Translations under genes and position numbers: made by a program
Notes under the pieces: model-generated
Seen by the model: the letters and a program-made list of their open reading frames with translations, nothing else
Databases searched by the model: none
What the model was told of the DNA's origin: nothing
In this document: positions 46,365 to 59,958 of the stretch, piece by piece
Position numbering within the stretch: position 1 is the stretch's first letter
How the letters are laid out: each line of letters begins with the position of its first letter
Assembly (NCBI GenBank): GCA_951406725.2
Contig: OX597836.1
Location: 3,782,001 to 3,846,000, forward strand
Length of the DNA: 64,000 bases
Origin: Octopus vulgaris
Lineage: Eukaryota
Reading direction: 5' to 3'

Positions 46365-46610
46365 CTATGTGTCGGCTCCAGCTTATATCCGAGCATTGGG
46401 TTCGTCAGATTCCACCCTGTCTCTTCAGATGATATTTGTGCCGAAATATCAGATGATATTTGGAGTCGAAGACGGTGGTGAAAGAATCGTGGGCAGAACT
46501 GGCACAGGACGGACGGTGCAGGTCGAGGATGTTGAAGTCGGTCCTTTCTTCTGCCTTTTGTCTCCTCTGTTATCTGTTCGGCTCGAAGGAGCTGGCACCA
46601 TTGCGGACAT
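46365..46610 (-). mobile_element. RTE-type LINE 3' end with terminal zinc finger, frameshifted
   Basis: [12 protein letters not shown] / [35 protein letters not shown], then a tgctcggatataagctggagcc tail. Confidence 0.6.
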
Positions 46611-46611
46611 G

Positions 46612-46713
<102 letters not shown>

Positions 46714-46732
46714 TATGCATACATACATGCAT

Positions 46733-46773
<41 letters not shown>

Positions 46774-46816
46774 CATATATACCTATATATATATCATCAT
46801 CATCATCATCATCTTA

Positions 46817-46857
<41 letters not shown>

Positions 46858-47460
46858 TATTATCATTTAGAACAGTTTAACTTGACCTCTCTGTATATAT
46901 ATGTGTGTGTGTATGTGTGTGCGTGTGAGAGTGTGTGCGTGTGTGCGTTTCGGCAAAGTGTTGTGAATGGAGAATTGTTACTGACACATCCATCATTATT
47001 TATTGATAGAAATTTCCAACTGCCGACTGCTTAGATTCACTGGTTCCTATTTAATGCATTTACTATTGACTGAGAAGGCGGGGGTGGAGACTGTTATAAC
47101 AACAACCAAAAAAAAAAAAAACATTGAGCACACGCACATAACAGCTATTCTTGTGTCAAAAGAAAATGAGTTTTTGAAACACCACGTCCGCAGCTGCCCG
47201 GTGATCATGTGACTAGAGTAGAGTGTGTGTGCGTGTATAAATAAATGCATATATATATATATACATATGTATGTATGTATGTATGTATATATATATATGC
47301 ATGTATGTATGTATATATATAGTTAATCCAAACAAGAAAGCACAAAAAACACAACAACGCGAGGACGTGGAACAAATATAGTATTATTGGACGCTCAGGA
47401 AATGTATATATATATATATATATATATATGTATGCATGTATATATATATATATCTGCATG

Positions 47461-47509
<49 letters not shown>

Positions 47510-48454
47510 TTATATATATATATATATATGTATGTATGTAAATATATATATATATATACGCACGCACACACACATACACAAGCACATGCACACACACATA
47601 CACAAGCACACGCACACACGCGCACGCACACACGCACACGCACACGCGCACATACTCACGCACACGCACTTGCGCGCACACACAAACACGACTGGAAACA
47701 TCAAGGATCCCCCTTCGTGTTGACGTGTCCTACGCAGCATTTATTTCCAACGGTGTTGCCTCGACTCAGGTGACTCACGGCTGCTCGAGGACTTCGACGT
47801 TAAACGACAAAGTCAATCAAAACAGCTGTTAAGTATGATGAATTCGACTACGAAATTTCTGAAAGCATTGCTCCAGCATGGCTGAAGTCACACGACTGAG
47901 ACAAATAAAAGATAAAAATTACCACTCTACATTTAAGTAGCAATAACGGCATCATCGAAAGAACATTTAAATAATGGAGGCAGCACTGCCATTCAGGTTT
48001 ACGACTCACTACCTCGTTTTACATTTTCTTATTAATTTCAGACAAAACATATAACATAAATTTATGAATTATAAAGACAAAATTGGCACATTATTTAATA
48101 CGAATGCATTAAAGAAAAGGCCAGCCAATATTTCCTAATATTATTTCGTAATATATATTTGAGAATCGAAATCCGTTATGGTTTTTAAATGTGGTTATGA
48201 TAATTTGGTAGTTCTTTCAATTCCGAAACCGAGAGAGGAAAACAGTTTAATTTCATTGAAAGTTGAATATCTTTTTAAACGAGTAATATTTTCAGAAACG
48301 CCTGCGCGCGCACACATAGACTTATTACGGGAAACGTAGCGTTCTATAATTTATATTACAAGCGTGTTTGCAATTAGATGTACTGACATAATATATTCAG
48401 TATGTCTGTCTGTATGTCGGTATGTTTGTATATGTATGTACGTATGTATGTATA

Positions 48455-48537
<83 letters not shown>

Positions 48538-48641
48538 ACATAAATAATTCACGCGTATATATATATCTATCTATATATCTATATATATGTATTTATAAAT
48601 ATATATGCATTATATATGTGTATATATATATATATATATAC

Positions 48642-48681
<40 letters not shown>

Positions 48682-48781
48682 CACAGATACATATATATGC
48701 ATATATATATATATAAATGTATATATATATTTGTATGTATGTATATATATATATATATATACACACAGCTACATATATATG

Positions 48782-48839
<58 letters not shown>

Positions 48840-49174
48840 TTCACGTGCATCTGTGTGCTGTTTGCTTAGATTTCTGTTAATCAGAACTGCAGCAGGCTTC
48901 TGCAATATTACCTCTGTCTAAGGTAAACATTAAACATAGAAGTATAAATATTAATTACGACAGAATCTCGATATTCACATCTTATTAATTCTAAAACCAA
49001 ATAGTTATTCCTAGCTACACTATCTTAATTATATTCAATTATAAGTCGAGCCAAGTCTAAACCTAAAGTCAATTTCAGTGAAACTTTATAAATGAATAGA
49101 AGAATTCCTTATGTGTCGCAGAAACATTATTAGATTAAAATATCAATCTGCACATCATACTTAATGCTTTGGCC

Positions 49175-49445
49175 TGGCACTCCGTCGGTTACGACGACGA
49201 GTGTTCCAGTTTGATTCGATCAACGGAACAGCATGTTCGTGAAATTAATGTGTAGTGGGTGAGACCTCCACCGACATGCTTACTCTTAAGGTAGTTCCCA
49301 GAGGGACTCAGCGTGACACAGAATGAAATAATGGTGGACCTCTTTGAATTACAAGTACAATTAATTCTTCTAGTTGAGCAGAAATAAAGTGTCTTGCTCA
49401 AGGACATAACGCGCCGTTGGAAAACGAACTCATAACATTTTCGTT
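49175..49445 (-). mobile_element. SINE family C variant, degenerate
   Basis: gaaataaagtgtcttgctcaaggacataacgcg shared with other family C copies. Confidence 0.6.
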
Positions 49446-49547
49446 TCAAGTAGAGCCGGACTACGTCGCTGTTGATAAGGAAATTATGTGTGCTGGTTAG
49501 TATCTTTCGGATGATATTTAATGCGGATCACCATAGTGACCCGCATA

Positions 49548-49647
49548 TTCGACCTCGGCGGAATTTGGACTCAGAACGTAGCGTCAGACGAAATACCGCT
49601 GAGCATTTCGTGCGGCGTGCTAACGTTTCTGCCAGTTCACCGCCTTA
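49548..49647 (-). mobile_element. SINE family A 5' portion
   Basis: tcgacctcggcggaatttggactcagaacg...ttctgccagttcaccgcctt. Confidence 0.85.
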
Positions 49648-50583
49648 GCCAGAGTAAATAATGACAAACTTTAACCACTAAATATTGTTAAACACGCCAC
49701 TGCAAAAGCAACCTACATAAGCAATTTGCTTTAAATACAATGAACAAATAGCAGTGAGACTGTTTTTTTTAGCAGATCCCTAAATGGGGCTCATGGCAGG
49801 CAATGAGTTACGCTTAAGTGCCTTCCAATAAATTTCTGTTAAGCTCTATGAATAAGCAAATATCAGGACAAACTCAAGTAAATATTGCCTGTATCATCTT
49901 CGAAACGTTAACTATGGAATACTTGACAAATGATCAATATTTCAATAGATTTTCTTATTGTTTTCAATAAATATTCTACAATACTTTATAGAAATAATTT
50001 ATGTGACTTTTGGGGGCCTCAGAGTTTACCATAAAGAAACGCTGAATCAATATAAATCTTCTTGAGATTACAAATTTTAGACAAATTTTTTTATACTACG
50101 TTACATGAAGGCCTACTACCAAATTTCGTTGGGATATGTTTTACCTTTGTCTCTCTACCTCTCCCCTCTCTCTCTCTCCCTCTCTCTATCATAAGCACAA
50201 TCAAACACACAGACACAAACCTGTCACTTCACCACTAGATGTATTTGGCATTTATCCCCACACACACACACAATCACGCACACACACACACACACACATA
50301 GACACGAATGCAGTTATATACATACACACACATAGACACTCAATCTCAATAGCAAAAGCAAACAACAACGCACCCCCATACATACGACTTGCACTCTGTC
50401 ACCTCCCTATTCTTAGAACTTTCCCCTTCCAACCATTTTTGAACTCTTGAACTTTTTAGAATATTCTCCATCCAACCGATTTTGACGTCACTGCTTATAA
50501 CGGAATATTTTAAAGAAACACTCATTATCACGATGGACTCCGTGTGGGCAGTCATCTAAAAGTTTTTGTTCGTCATGATGCTG

Positions 50584-50695
50584 ACATAAGTTCCTTGTCT
50601 TTCCTGATGAGAAGGCGGCATAATACCCCCTTTATTCCTTCGGAATTAAGAATATGCAGTCTTCGAAACATATGTCGAGAATAAAGGAATTTTGT
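50584..50695 (+). ncRNA. Type I hammerhead ribozyme, canonical core
   Basis: CUGAUGA at 50604-10; stem II 50611-22/50653-64; GAAA at 50665-68; palindromic stem III ACAUAUGU; GUC cleavage after 50676; long stem I with an internal loop. Confidence 0.8.
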
Positions 50696-50874
50696 TAAAT
50701 TGTCGTTCGACTCCATTCTTTCATTTATTTATAGTAAAAAAACACACAAATTTCCACACGAAAGCACGTGATTTCTGCCCTTGGCATGTAGCTTCAACCG
50801 TGTTTTCTGATGTAGATTTGCTACCCGGGTATCGGTTAACCGAATTATCCATACTAGGATAATTCACTCAACTA

Positions 50875-50909
<35 letters not shown>

Positions 50910-51230
50910 GAACATACAAACACGTACTTATATATATATATAGATGTGTATGTGTGCGTGTGTGTGTATACATACATGAATGTACATACATCCTCTCTCT
51001 CTCTCTCTCACACACATATATGTATGTATGTATGTATTACAGTGTAATTCTTAAATCAAGTTATAAATTAAGGTGAGGTATAAGGGCTAGATGGTATGAA
51101 CCCCTAAACAAAGGATGTCGGTAATTGATGCTTTATGAGAGAACAGTGGACATCATCAATTGATATTTCAAAAGCTTTTTCTGGATACGGCCATCATCCA
51201 TCGCCGCCTAAGCGTCCACCTCATCGAAAC

Positions 51231-51675
51231 TTAAACTTAAACGGCTTTTATCGAGGGCGGAAAATTAAATCGCAAATGGGATATTTATACAACCATGAAC
51301 AAGAACTTTATTCTGACTTACTTCATCGTCAGATGAGTTAGATAACGATGATGGCGATGTTCCAAGCGGCACAGAAGAAAGTGATGCTTCATATAGCCCT
51401 GAATGTAAAAAAAATGCACCGATTTATCTTCATTTCTACATTCGTTTGATAACAAAAATGTAGGAATCTGAAATGGATTTATGCTCAAATGATATTATTG
51501 TTCTTTTGTCTGTTTTTATAATCTAAGAGATTTAAAAGATTATTTAATAGCTTTTGTACTTATTTAAGGTGAAAATATGTATAAAAGTTATACTTTAGTA
51601 AAAAAAAATATCACTTATTCTTTGTTCGTTTGTCACACACCTTCCTACAAGTTTCTCCCGTCGTTTAAGAGTTAA
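51231..51675. mobile_element. Possible piggyBac-like non-autonomous element
   Basis: Ends ttaaacttaaacggc and (reverse complement) ttaactcttaaacgac, with TTAA at both ends. Internal acidic remnant SSSDELDNDDGD. Confidence 0.35.
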
Positions 51676-52594
51676 AAGATCACGTAAAAAAAAACAAAGT
51701 TATACGTATAAAATGAATTACTATATTATGAATGTGAAAGTAGAGAAAAGAAAAAAGAATCAGTGATGCTTTAGTCTTGTAAGATGATGTTAAGGTAAGA
51801 CTAACGTGACGTTAGACGAAAAAATAAAAGCAAAAAAAAAAGGACAAACGTATCTTGTGTGAAATGGCGGATGCAAGCAGAAAGGTTAGAAAGAAATAAC
51901 TTTTTAAGATGATATTTACGTATGATGGTCCCAAAAGGCTGACAAAAATATTATAAATCTATATGTGTTTTTACTAATGAAATTAGACAGTCTAAATATA
52001 ATTCATATAGAAATACGTACATTACATTTGAGAATTCACGTAAAATTAGGTTAAGAAATAAGTACGTGGACTACGAGATTCGTTGGGGGAATTATTGGTC
52101 ACAATTTAATTACAACGAAAGAGTATTAGCAACAAATGCTAGATTAAGTGCGTTATTGAGTTTTATGTATTTCAGAAAAGAGAAAAAACGAAACAAAACG
52201 CGGAAAAGAAAGTAGATTTATTAAATCATGTTAAGGTTGAAATCAAATGAAAAGTATTCAACGAAATGATAACATCGTCAAGAGTTATGACGTGGATGTA
52301 CGCAGTCAGCAAAAAGAATTCACTAGAGTCTGCAAGAAATATAGTCTGCCATTAGAATGAAAGGTTCTTTTGTCTTATAGTCAAGAGAGAAGCCAGTTTC
52401 TACGACCTTTTACAGGACCCCTGGGAATAGTGGGTAGAAGGAAATAAGTTATGCTCAGACGAGAGGCCTGGCTTGAGTGCTTGCAAAACAGAGTGGACTC
52501 CAATAAAGACATTTAAAGCCAAAGAATAAGTGATATCTGTTTTTACTCAAGTATAACTTTTATACTTATTTTCACCTTAAATAAGTACCAAATG

Positions 52595-52685
52595 AGGGTG
52601 CATGGCCTCGTGATTACGGTATTGTACTCATGGTGGCAAGATCGCGGTTTCGATTCGTGGACTGGGCGGTGTGTTGTGTTCTTGA
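52595..52685 (+). mobile_element. SINE family C head fragment
   Basis: catggcctcgtgattacgg...ggtttcgattcg...gtgttgtgttcttga. Confidence 0.6.
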
Positions 52686-52819
52686 AAAAAAAAACAAGAA
52701 CCAAATCAAAGCAAAAACGAAACCTTATCATTTCAGGATGCTTCAGACATTTGTTTACATTACCATCACATATGTATCAATTATTTTCGCATCCAAATCG
52801 ATGCATCTATCTATATTGA

Positions 52820-52868
52820 CATTCTGAAGAAATTTACTTAAACCAGTAAATTGAAACGATCGTAAATG
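52820..52868 (+). ncRNA. Minimal type I hammerhead ribozyme, canonical core
   Basis: Stem I CAUU/AAUG; CUGAAGA at 52824-30; perfect 8-bp stem II AAUUUACU/AGUAAAUU; GAAA at 52853-56; palindromic stem III ACGAUCGU; GUA cleavage after 52864. Confidence 0.8.
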
Positions 52869-53154
52869 CTACCTTCATCTTTGATTCTTCCTTCTTTGTT
52901 ATCTAATCAATTAAAGACATACCAGCAAAAACCACGAACTTCCGAATGTTATATCCATTTTCTTCTCCTATATAACCTAAACTTCGGTTTACCAACCGAA
53001 CCACCTGCTACCGTACAACCTTACAAAAGACTGTACCTACCCATGTAACAACCAGGAGCAACTCTGGATTTAATTATCCCATAGAGGTATCAAAACCCTC
53101 TAACTGATACCTACGCTATATATATATATATATATATATACATATATGTATATA

Positions 53155-53472
53155 TTAGACCCTTTGGGATTGCACCTAGAAAGTTCTCCTCCACGGCACA
53201 AGTCCGGGTAGTATTGTTTACGGAAGGCCAACTGTCGCCCATGCATACCAGCCACCCCTCCCCAACGCACCGATATTATCCAAGGGAAAGGTAAAGGGGC
53301 CAATACAGCTTGGCATTAGTGACGTCGCAACTTATTTCTACAGCTTAATGAACTGGAGCGACGTGAAATAAAGTGTCTTGATCAAGAACACAACATACAG
53401 CCCAGTCGAGGAATCAAACTCACTACCTTTTGATTGTGAGCTTGACACTTTAACCACTGAGCCATGTACCTT
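53155..53472 (-). mobile_element. SINE family C with a distinct 3' tail
   Basis: Head ggtacatggctcagtggttaaagtg...gagtttgattcc on the minus strand. Confidence 0.75.
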
Positions 53473-54251
53473 CACACACACACACACACACACACACATC
53501 TAGATGAAAAGATACAAACATATATGCATACACACATATCTAGATAGTTACATACATGCATACACACACATATACGTATGTATAATGAACCAAAATACGC
53601 ATGATCTGCGCTGTATCTCTCCCAGCTAGAAGCAACAGCCCTATCACCCTCCCACAAATAACAATGTATCACCTCAGCCAAAGCAATGTCACGTGATATA
53701 ATTTAGTTTTGCTCCCGCCCCCCCCCCGCTATTCCAATATTCCAGGATAATGGCCGGCATTCTTTTTTCTTCATATTACGATTACTTGCCTGGCCTGAGG
53801 CTCAATAACAACAGCAACAACATTAATATTAATCAAAGTCTACGCGGAAAATAAATAGAAAAATCTTCAGCGTTTCTCGCCTGAGGATTATCATAAATTG
53901 GCGCCTGTTTTCATAGATTATATTATCCGGTTTTGACCGATAAACCAATTAGTACTGCACTTAAAAACCTCGTGTCAAGTTTGCTTACTCAAGTGTTGCC
54001 TTCCATTCTCATTAGTCTTACACATCGCTTTTATTATTTTATTATACACACCGGTGCACCATTACATAGAGATAACCATTCGTACAGAAAGACTCTCAGC
54101 GTTATATATATCGCTCACGTGTTTCTTATAGTAACCCACGCATTGTGCCACGCACAGGTTCACTCATACTCAACCATATACAATTATATCCTTATGCAAG
54201 TCTGCACGCGTAAAAACAGACGCTCGCCCGCGCACCTGTTTTCTTCCCTGT

Positions 54252-54331
<80 letters not shown>

Positions 54332-54514
54332 ATGTATGTGTGTGTAGTTATGCGTGCATAAATGTATATTCATATACATATGTGTAACTGCATGGTGACT
54401 GTATATACGAAGTACGTATCCATGTTTTACTTTTTTATTTCATTAGCCACAATTATCGGACAACATATCAATACAATTACATATATTATGCTGTATGTAT
54501 ATGCATACACACAC

Positions 54515-54549
<35 letters not shown>

Positions 54550-55171
54550 TAATATAAATATATTTTTGTATGTCGTAATAATGTGCTTATTTATATATGT
54601 GTGTAAAGATATACACATATATATTTATATATATATATGTATATGTGTGTGTATATAAATAGATAAATATATATACGTATATATATATATGTATATATAT
54701 ATATACATATACACATACACATATATATATGCATATATATATGTATATATATAATATATATATGTGTGTGTATGTGTGTGAGTGTATTTATTATTCCTAG
54801 TTATGATACAAAAGATCAGGTGGTATGTTTTCACCTGCATCACCTTGTAGCCGTTTCACACCTGCAGTCCCGTTGCAGTAACTTTATAATTTCCTCTCCC
54901 TCTCTCTCTGTCTCTCTCTATCTATCTCTATCTTTCTCTCTCTCTCTCACTCCACTTATCTATGTGTCTGTCTGTCTGTTAATCTATCTATTTATCAATC
55001 TATCTGCACACACACATACGCACACGAACACACACACACACACGCACACACATACACACACATACAGACATACACATGCATATAGTGGGCGTCTCCTAAA
55101 TAGCGGAATCTTTATGGTTGCAATAATTCGTGTAAGGTGTAAATATCAGTGGATATCAATATTATTCGCAC

Positions 55172-55397
55172 TAAGCCGGTGAGCTGGCGGAATCGTTAAT
55201 GCGCTGGCAAAATACAGAACTTCTTCGCTTCATGTAACCTCTAGATTCCGAGTTCAAATTTTGCCTCGGTCGACTTTACCTTCTATCGTTTCAGAGTCGA
55301 TAAAATAAGTACCAGTTAAATACTGGGGGCCGATGTAATCGACTCATTCTTCCTCTAGAAGTGTTGTTCATTTTCCAGAATTTGAAACCAATATTAT
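55172..55397 (+). mobile_element. SINE family A, diverged, tail type 3
   Basis: ccggtgagctggcggaatcgtt...gagttcaaatt...gtcgataaaataagtaccag...aatttgaaaccaat. Confidence 0.75.
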
Positions 55398-55689
55398 TCA
55401 AAATAAGTCCCAAAAATCTTCCGACGCCCTGCAAATGTTTGGAAATATTATTGGCGCTATTCCGCCTCATCACAATAACGCACAAATTGAAAATAAAAGC
55501 CGAAAGCAAAAATAAATAATAATAATAATAGTAATAATAATAATGATAATAAATAAATAAATAATAACCAAAATCGACTCTATAAACAAATCTATCAAAA
55601 TTAAGATGCCTCATAACAGAGGCTGTGAAAGCGAAAAAACCGTTATTTATCTGTCTAAAGTTTAGCAAGACAAACCGCAAAGTGCTTAC

Positions 55690-55770
55690 GTTGTTTCCAA
55701 TTGGATTTTGTGGCTGCTGATATACGGTGATTAAGTAGGATCGCCTTGGTCGCTAATATATCATCGCAGT
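55690..55770 (-). CDS. Candidate 81-nt internal exon of an unidentified host gene
   Basis: Acceptor ...cttctaatccggaatattgtcaacag and donor gtaagc. Phase 1-1 frame is open (CDDILATKAILLNHRISAATKSNWKQ); no family recognised. Confidence 0.25.
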
Positions 55771-55964
55771 CTGTTGACAATATTCCGGATTAGAAGATTA
55801 GAAGAAGATTAGCGGAGACATATTGGAATTAATGAGATAGGGATATATAAAATAGACATCTATGCATTTTATGTATGTATGTAGGTATATGTTTAAATGT
55901 TTGTATAAATCTATATATGTTTATGTGTATGAGCGTGTAAGTATGTAAATATACATACGTACAA

Positions 55965-55999
<35 letters not shown>

Positions 56000-56076
56000 T
56001 ATATATACACATATATATACACACATATATATACACACACATATACACACACACACAAACACTCACACACACACAC

Positions 56077-56109
<33 letters not shown>

Positions 56110-56247
56110 TATGAGTACGTGCATACATATGTTTATATAAATGTATTTATATATGAGTGTGTGTCGATGCATAGCTATATGTGCTATTATATGTATGTGT
56201 ATATATTCATGTATTTGAACACAAACACACACACATGGCCATACGCA

Positions 56248-56305
<58 letters not shown>

Positions 56306-56403
56306 TGTAAATATATATATATATCTATATGCAAGTATATAAGTGTGTATGTGGATATCTATGTATCTACTCATACGTATACGTATATGTGTGAGTGTGT
56401 TTG

Positions 56404-56464
<61 letters not shown>

Positions 56465-56944
56465 GTCTCTATCCATCTATCTGTCTATCTCTCTGTCTAT
56501 CTCTCTGTCTATCTATCTGTCTTCTTTTTCAGCACCGATGTGCTGTGAGGTTGTGACACTGCCTCCTGTTTTAGTCTTCCTCTTACAAAATATCTTGTTA
56601 ATTCCAAGAGGCTTTCGTTTCTGCGTAGAAGTTTCGCATGTTTTGACATCTGTCATTTAATTTTTAAGCTAACGGTATTCTTTTTTTGCCACAAGATTTC
56701 TGCTCAGAATTTAACACTTCTCTCTAACTCTTGACAATAAATTTTGTTCTCATCGTCACCTGAATATTGCTCAAGGTTTTATCGGATTTCCAGTTTTCTA
56801 TTGAACTTGAAATCTCCTCGCAACTGACGTAAAACGACCATGACAGTTCTCTCATTTGATTATTCTTCGACTTTTCTTGGATTGATGGTTAGCGGTTCTT
56901 TGAATGCTGCCTAGAATGTCTAACTACTCGCTTCTTCTGAAATT

Positions 56945-57103
56945 TGCGTAGCTGTGTGGCAAGAAGTTTGCGTTTCCATCTTCATGGTTCCCGGTTCGGT
57001 TCCACAGCGTAGCACATTGGGCAAACGTCTTCTATTATAACCACATGTCAGTCAAATCGTTGTAAGTGGATTTGGCAGACGGAAACAAAAAGAAGCCCGT
57101 TGT
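56945..57103 (+). mobile_element. SINE family B 5' half, diverged
   Basis: catggttcccggttcggttcc...ttgggcaaacgtcttcta...ggaaacaaaaagaagcccgt. Confidence 0.75.
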
Positions 57104-57156
57104 ATTCCTCTCTATCTCTCTCTCTCTCTCTCCTCTCCCTGTAAATATATATATAC

Positions 57157-57349
57157 CAGATCAAGCACATAAATGTGAAACAAGGTGGAAAAAAGAGTAC
57201 TCAAATACCAGAGGTAGAGTAATAGGCTTTATTTAAATGCAGCAGAAATATAACAAAAGCAGTTACTCTGAGTTTCACGTTACCGACGAACGGGAACGTG
57301 AAACTCTGAGTAACAGCTTTTGTTATATTTCTGCTGCTTTTAAATAAAG
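57157..57349. mobile_element. Fold-back Penelope-like terminal repeat with hammerhead-like motif
   Basis: Inverted repeat with about 55-bp arms at 57227-57349. A homologous inverted pair occurs at 60382-60630. Confidence 0.65.
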
Positions 57350-57787
57350 TATATATATATATTTACAGGGTGCGTAAGATATTTGAGGACAGTTTTATGT
57401 TTAAAAGTAAACGCAGATATATAATAACAGATAATAACTTTATTTATCAAAAAATTGACCTCATGGACTTTCTGGGATTGTTGTTCGGATGATGTCAAAG
57501 GGTTTAGAATATTTTATATGCCTTGATACTAATGATATGTTTCCACCTTCAGTGTTTAGCTTCCTACAAACTTTGCAGACGAAAGACCCGGTCACTCCTA
57601 AAAATCGAGATATTTCTAAATTGCTATGCTCAGCCTTTATAACCACAATACCAGTAATAAACCCGAGTTAATGACAGACGCCCTGATGTGTCTATTAAAG
57701 CGACCAGGCACCTAAGAAGAATCAAGAATATTGTTTCATTAATCAGCAACTTAGATATCAGAGCGTTGTGAACATAATAAAATATGT

Positions 57788-57880
<93 letters not shown>

Positions 57881-57881
57881 A

Positions 57882-57955
<74 letters not shown>

Positions 57956-58186
57956 TTACCTACTTATCTATCTATCGATATATCAATATGTATGCATATA
58001 TGTATCTGTTTCTCTCCCCCCATCTCTCTCAAATTACCAGTCTACATACGATCTATTATCTGTTTTCTATTTATTTTTTCTCTCTTTCCAGATATTTTTT
58101 CAGATACAAAAAACTTGCTTATCATTACATCTTTATATTATCTGTCCTTACATACGTCTGTTTGCGATGTGTATCTTCTTTCGTTC

Positions 58187-58219
<33 letters not shown>

Positions 58220-58945
58220 AGTGTGTGTGCGTGTGTGTGTATATATGTCTATGTTTTTATATATGCCTGTATAAACGAGTTTCGGATTGCCTGAACATTC
58301 GTTTAAGTGTGTTGGCTTCGTATCTCTGTAGAATCGAAATGCGTAAGCAAAACTGTTTTTTTGTTGTTGTTGTTGCTGTTGTTCTGGAATCTTCGGTCTT
58401 TAGTTATTATATTAGCAACATTAGCCATATAAACTAACTTAATTTGTGTTCTCCTCTGATAGCGTCTCTTCTGCGCTCTGATAAAACTAGAAGAGGTGAA
58501 AGGTCTTGAAAAGTTAAAGCTATATTATATCTCTTTGTTGATTAGTTATATTGTCTGTAATGACTTTTTATGGAGCACACTCTTAGGCTAATTAGCTAAA
58601 TGAGGAGACCAGTGAAAGGCTATTTGTTATAACGAGGATCGTTGAAAGCGGCGTCCATCTTGAATAATGGCGTTTGCCAAAATTATGGTGTTGATTTGAC
58701 AGTAGACATTAACAAGCAAAACTAAAAAAAGAATGGTGCGGAAGAAGAAAAATCGGTTCTAGGAGTGCAGTTACAAAAGATGCTCTCTCGAATATGTGGT
58801 TGCAGGTTCGATCGCATAATTTTCGGCGGCACTGTAGAGGTGAGCGTTTTCTACCTAAGTCTTGAATTGATAAATTTCTTGTTAGTTGAACCACAAAACT
58901 GTGTGGACCCATTTACACACACACACATAACGTAATGTTAAATAA

Positions 58946-59395
<450 letters not shown>

Positions 59396-59958
59396 AAAAC
59401 AAAAGGATATCACCAGATCACGTGGTCGCTCAGACTCTCGGATATAGTTATATATCGCTGGTTACAATGCGCTTTGCATAGCTTTACTTTTCGAATGATA
59501 CCTCCCATTCCTCGCTGGCTGAGTGCAACGCCTTAACCTGTTAGACACGCGTCTCCTATTTCGTTAGAACCAGCGGAGGACAATACTGCATCACGTAATT
59601 TCACCCTTTTTGCGATTCATCAGTGACAGCTAGATAAACACTGAATACCAGACGAAAAATCAGGGAAACAATTATGTCGCAAACATCTGGAAGGCAGTGT
59701 ATAAATTAGCTATTAGCGTCAGAAGCAATCTTTGTAGCGAATATTAATTAACACATCCAGTCTAACTTGGATGTATTAATTAATATACGTTCCGCCACTG
59801 CTGACGAAATTTCGACAATCGATATAATTTCGATGCTTCTTTGCATTTGTTGTTTACACTGCAGTCTGCAGTGCTATAGACAATACATCTAAGTTCGGCT
59901 GGATGTGCTAATGTACACACACATACACACACATATATTCTTAAAGAATATATATATA

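Noticed and set aside
46460-46610. Plus-strand [23 protein letters not shown] as a host exon
   Set aside because: Better explained as the antisense of an RTE LINE C-terminal zinc-finger region.
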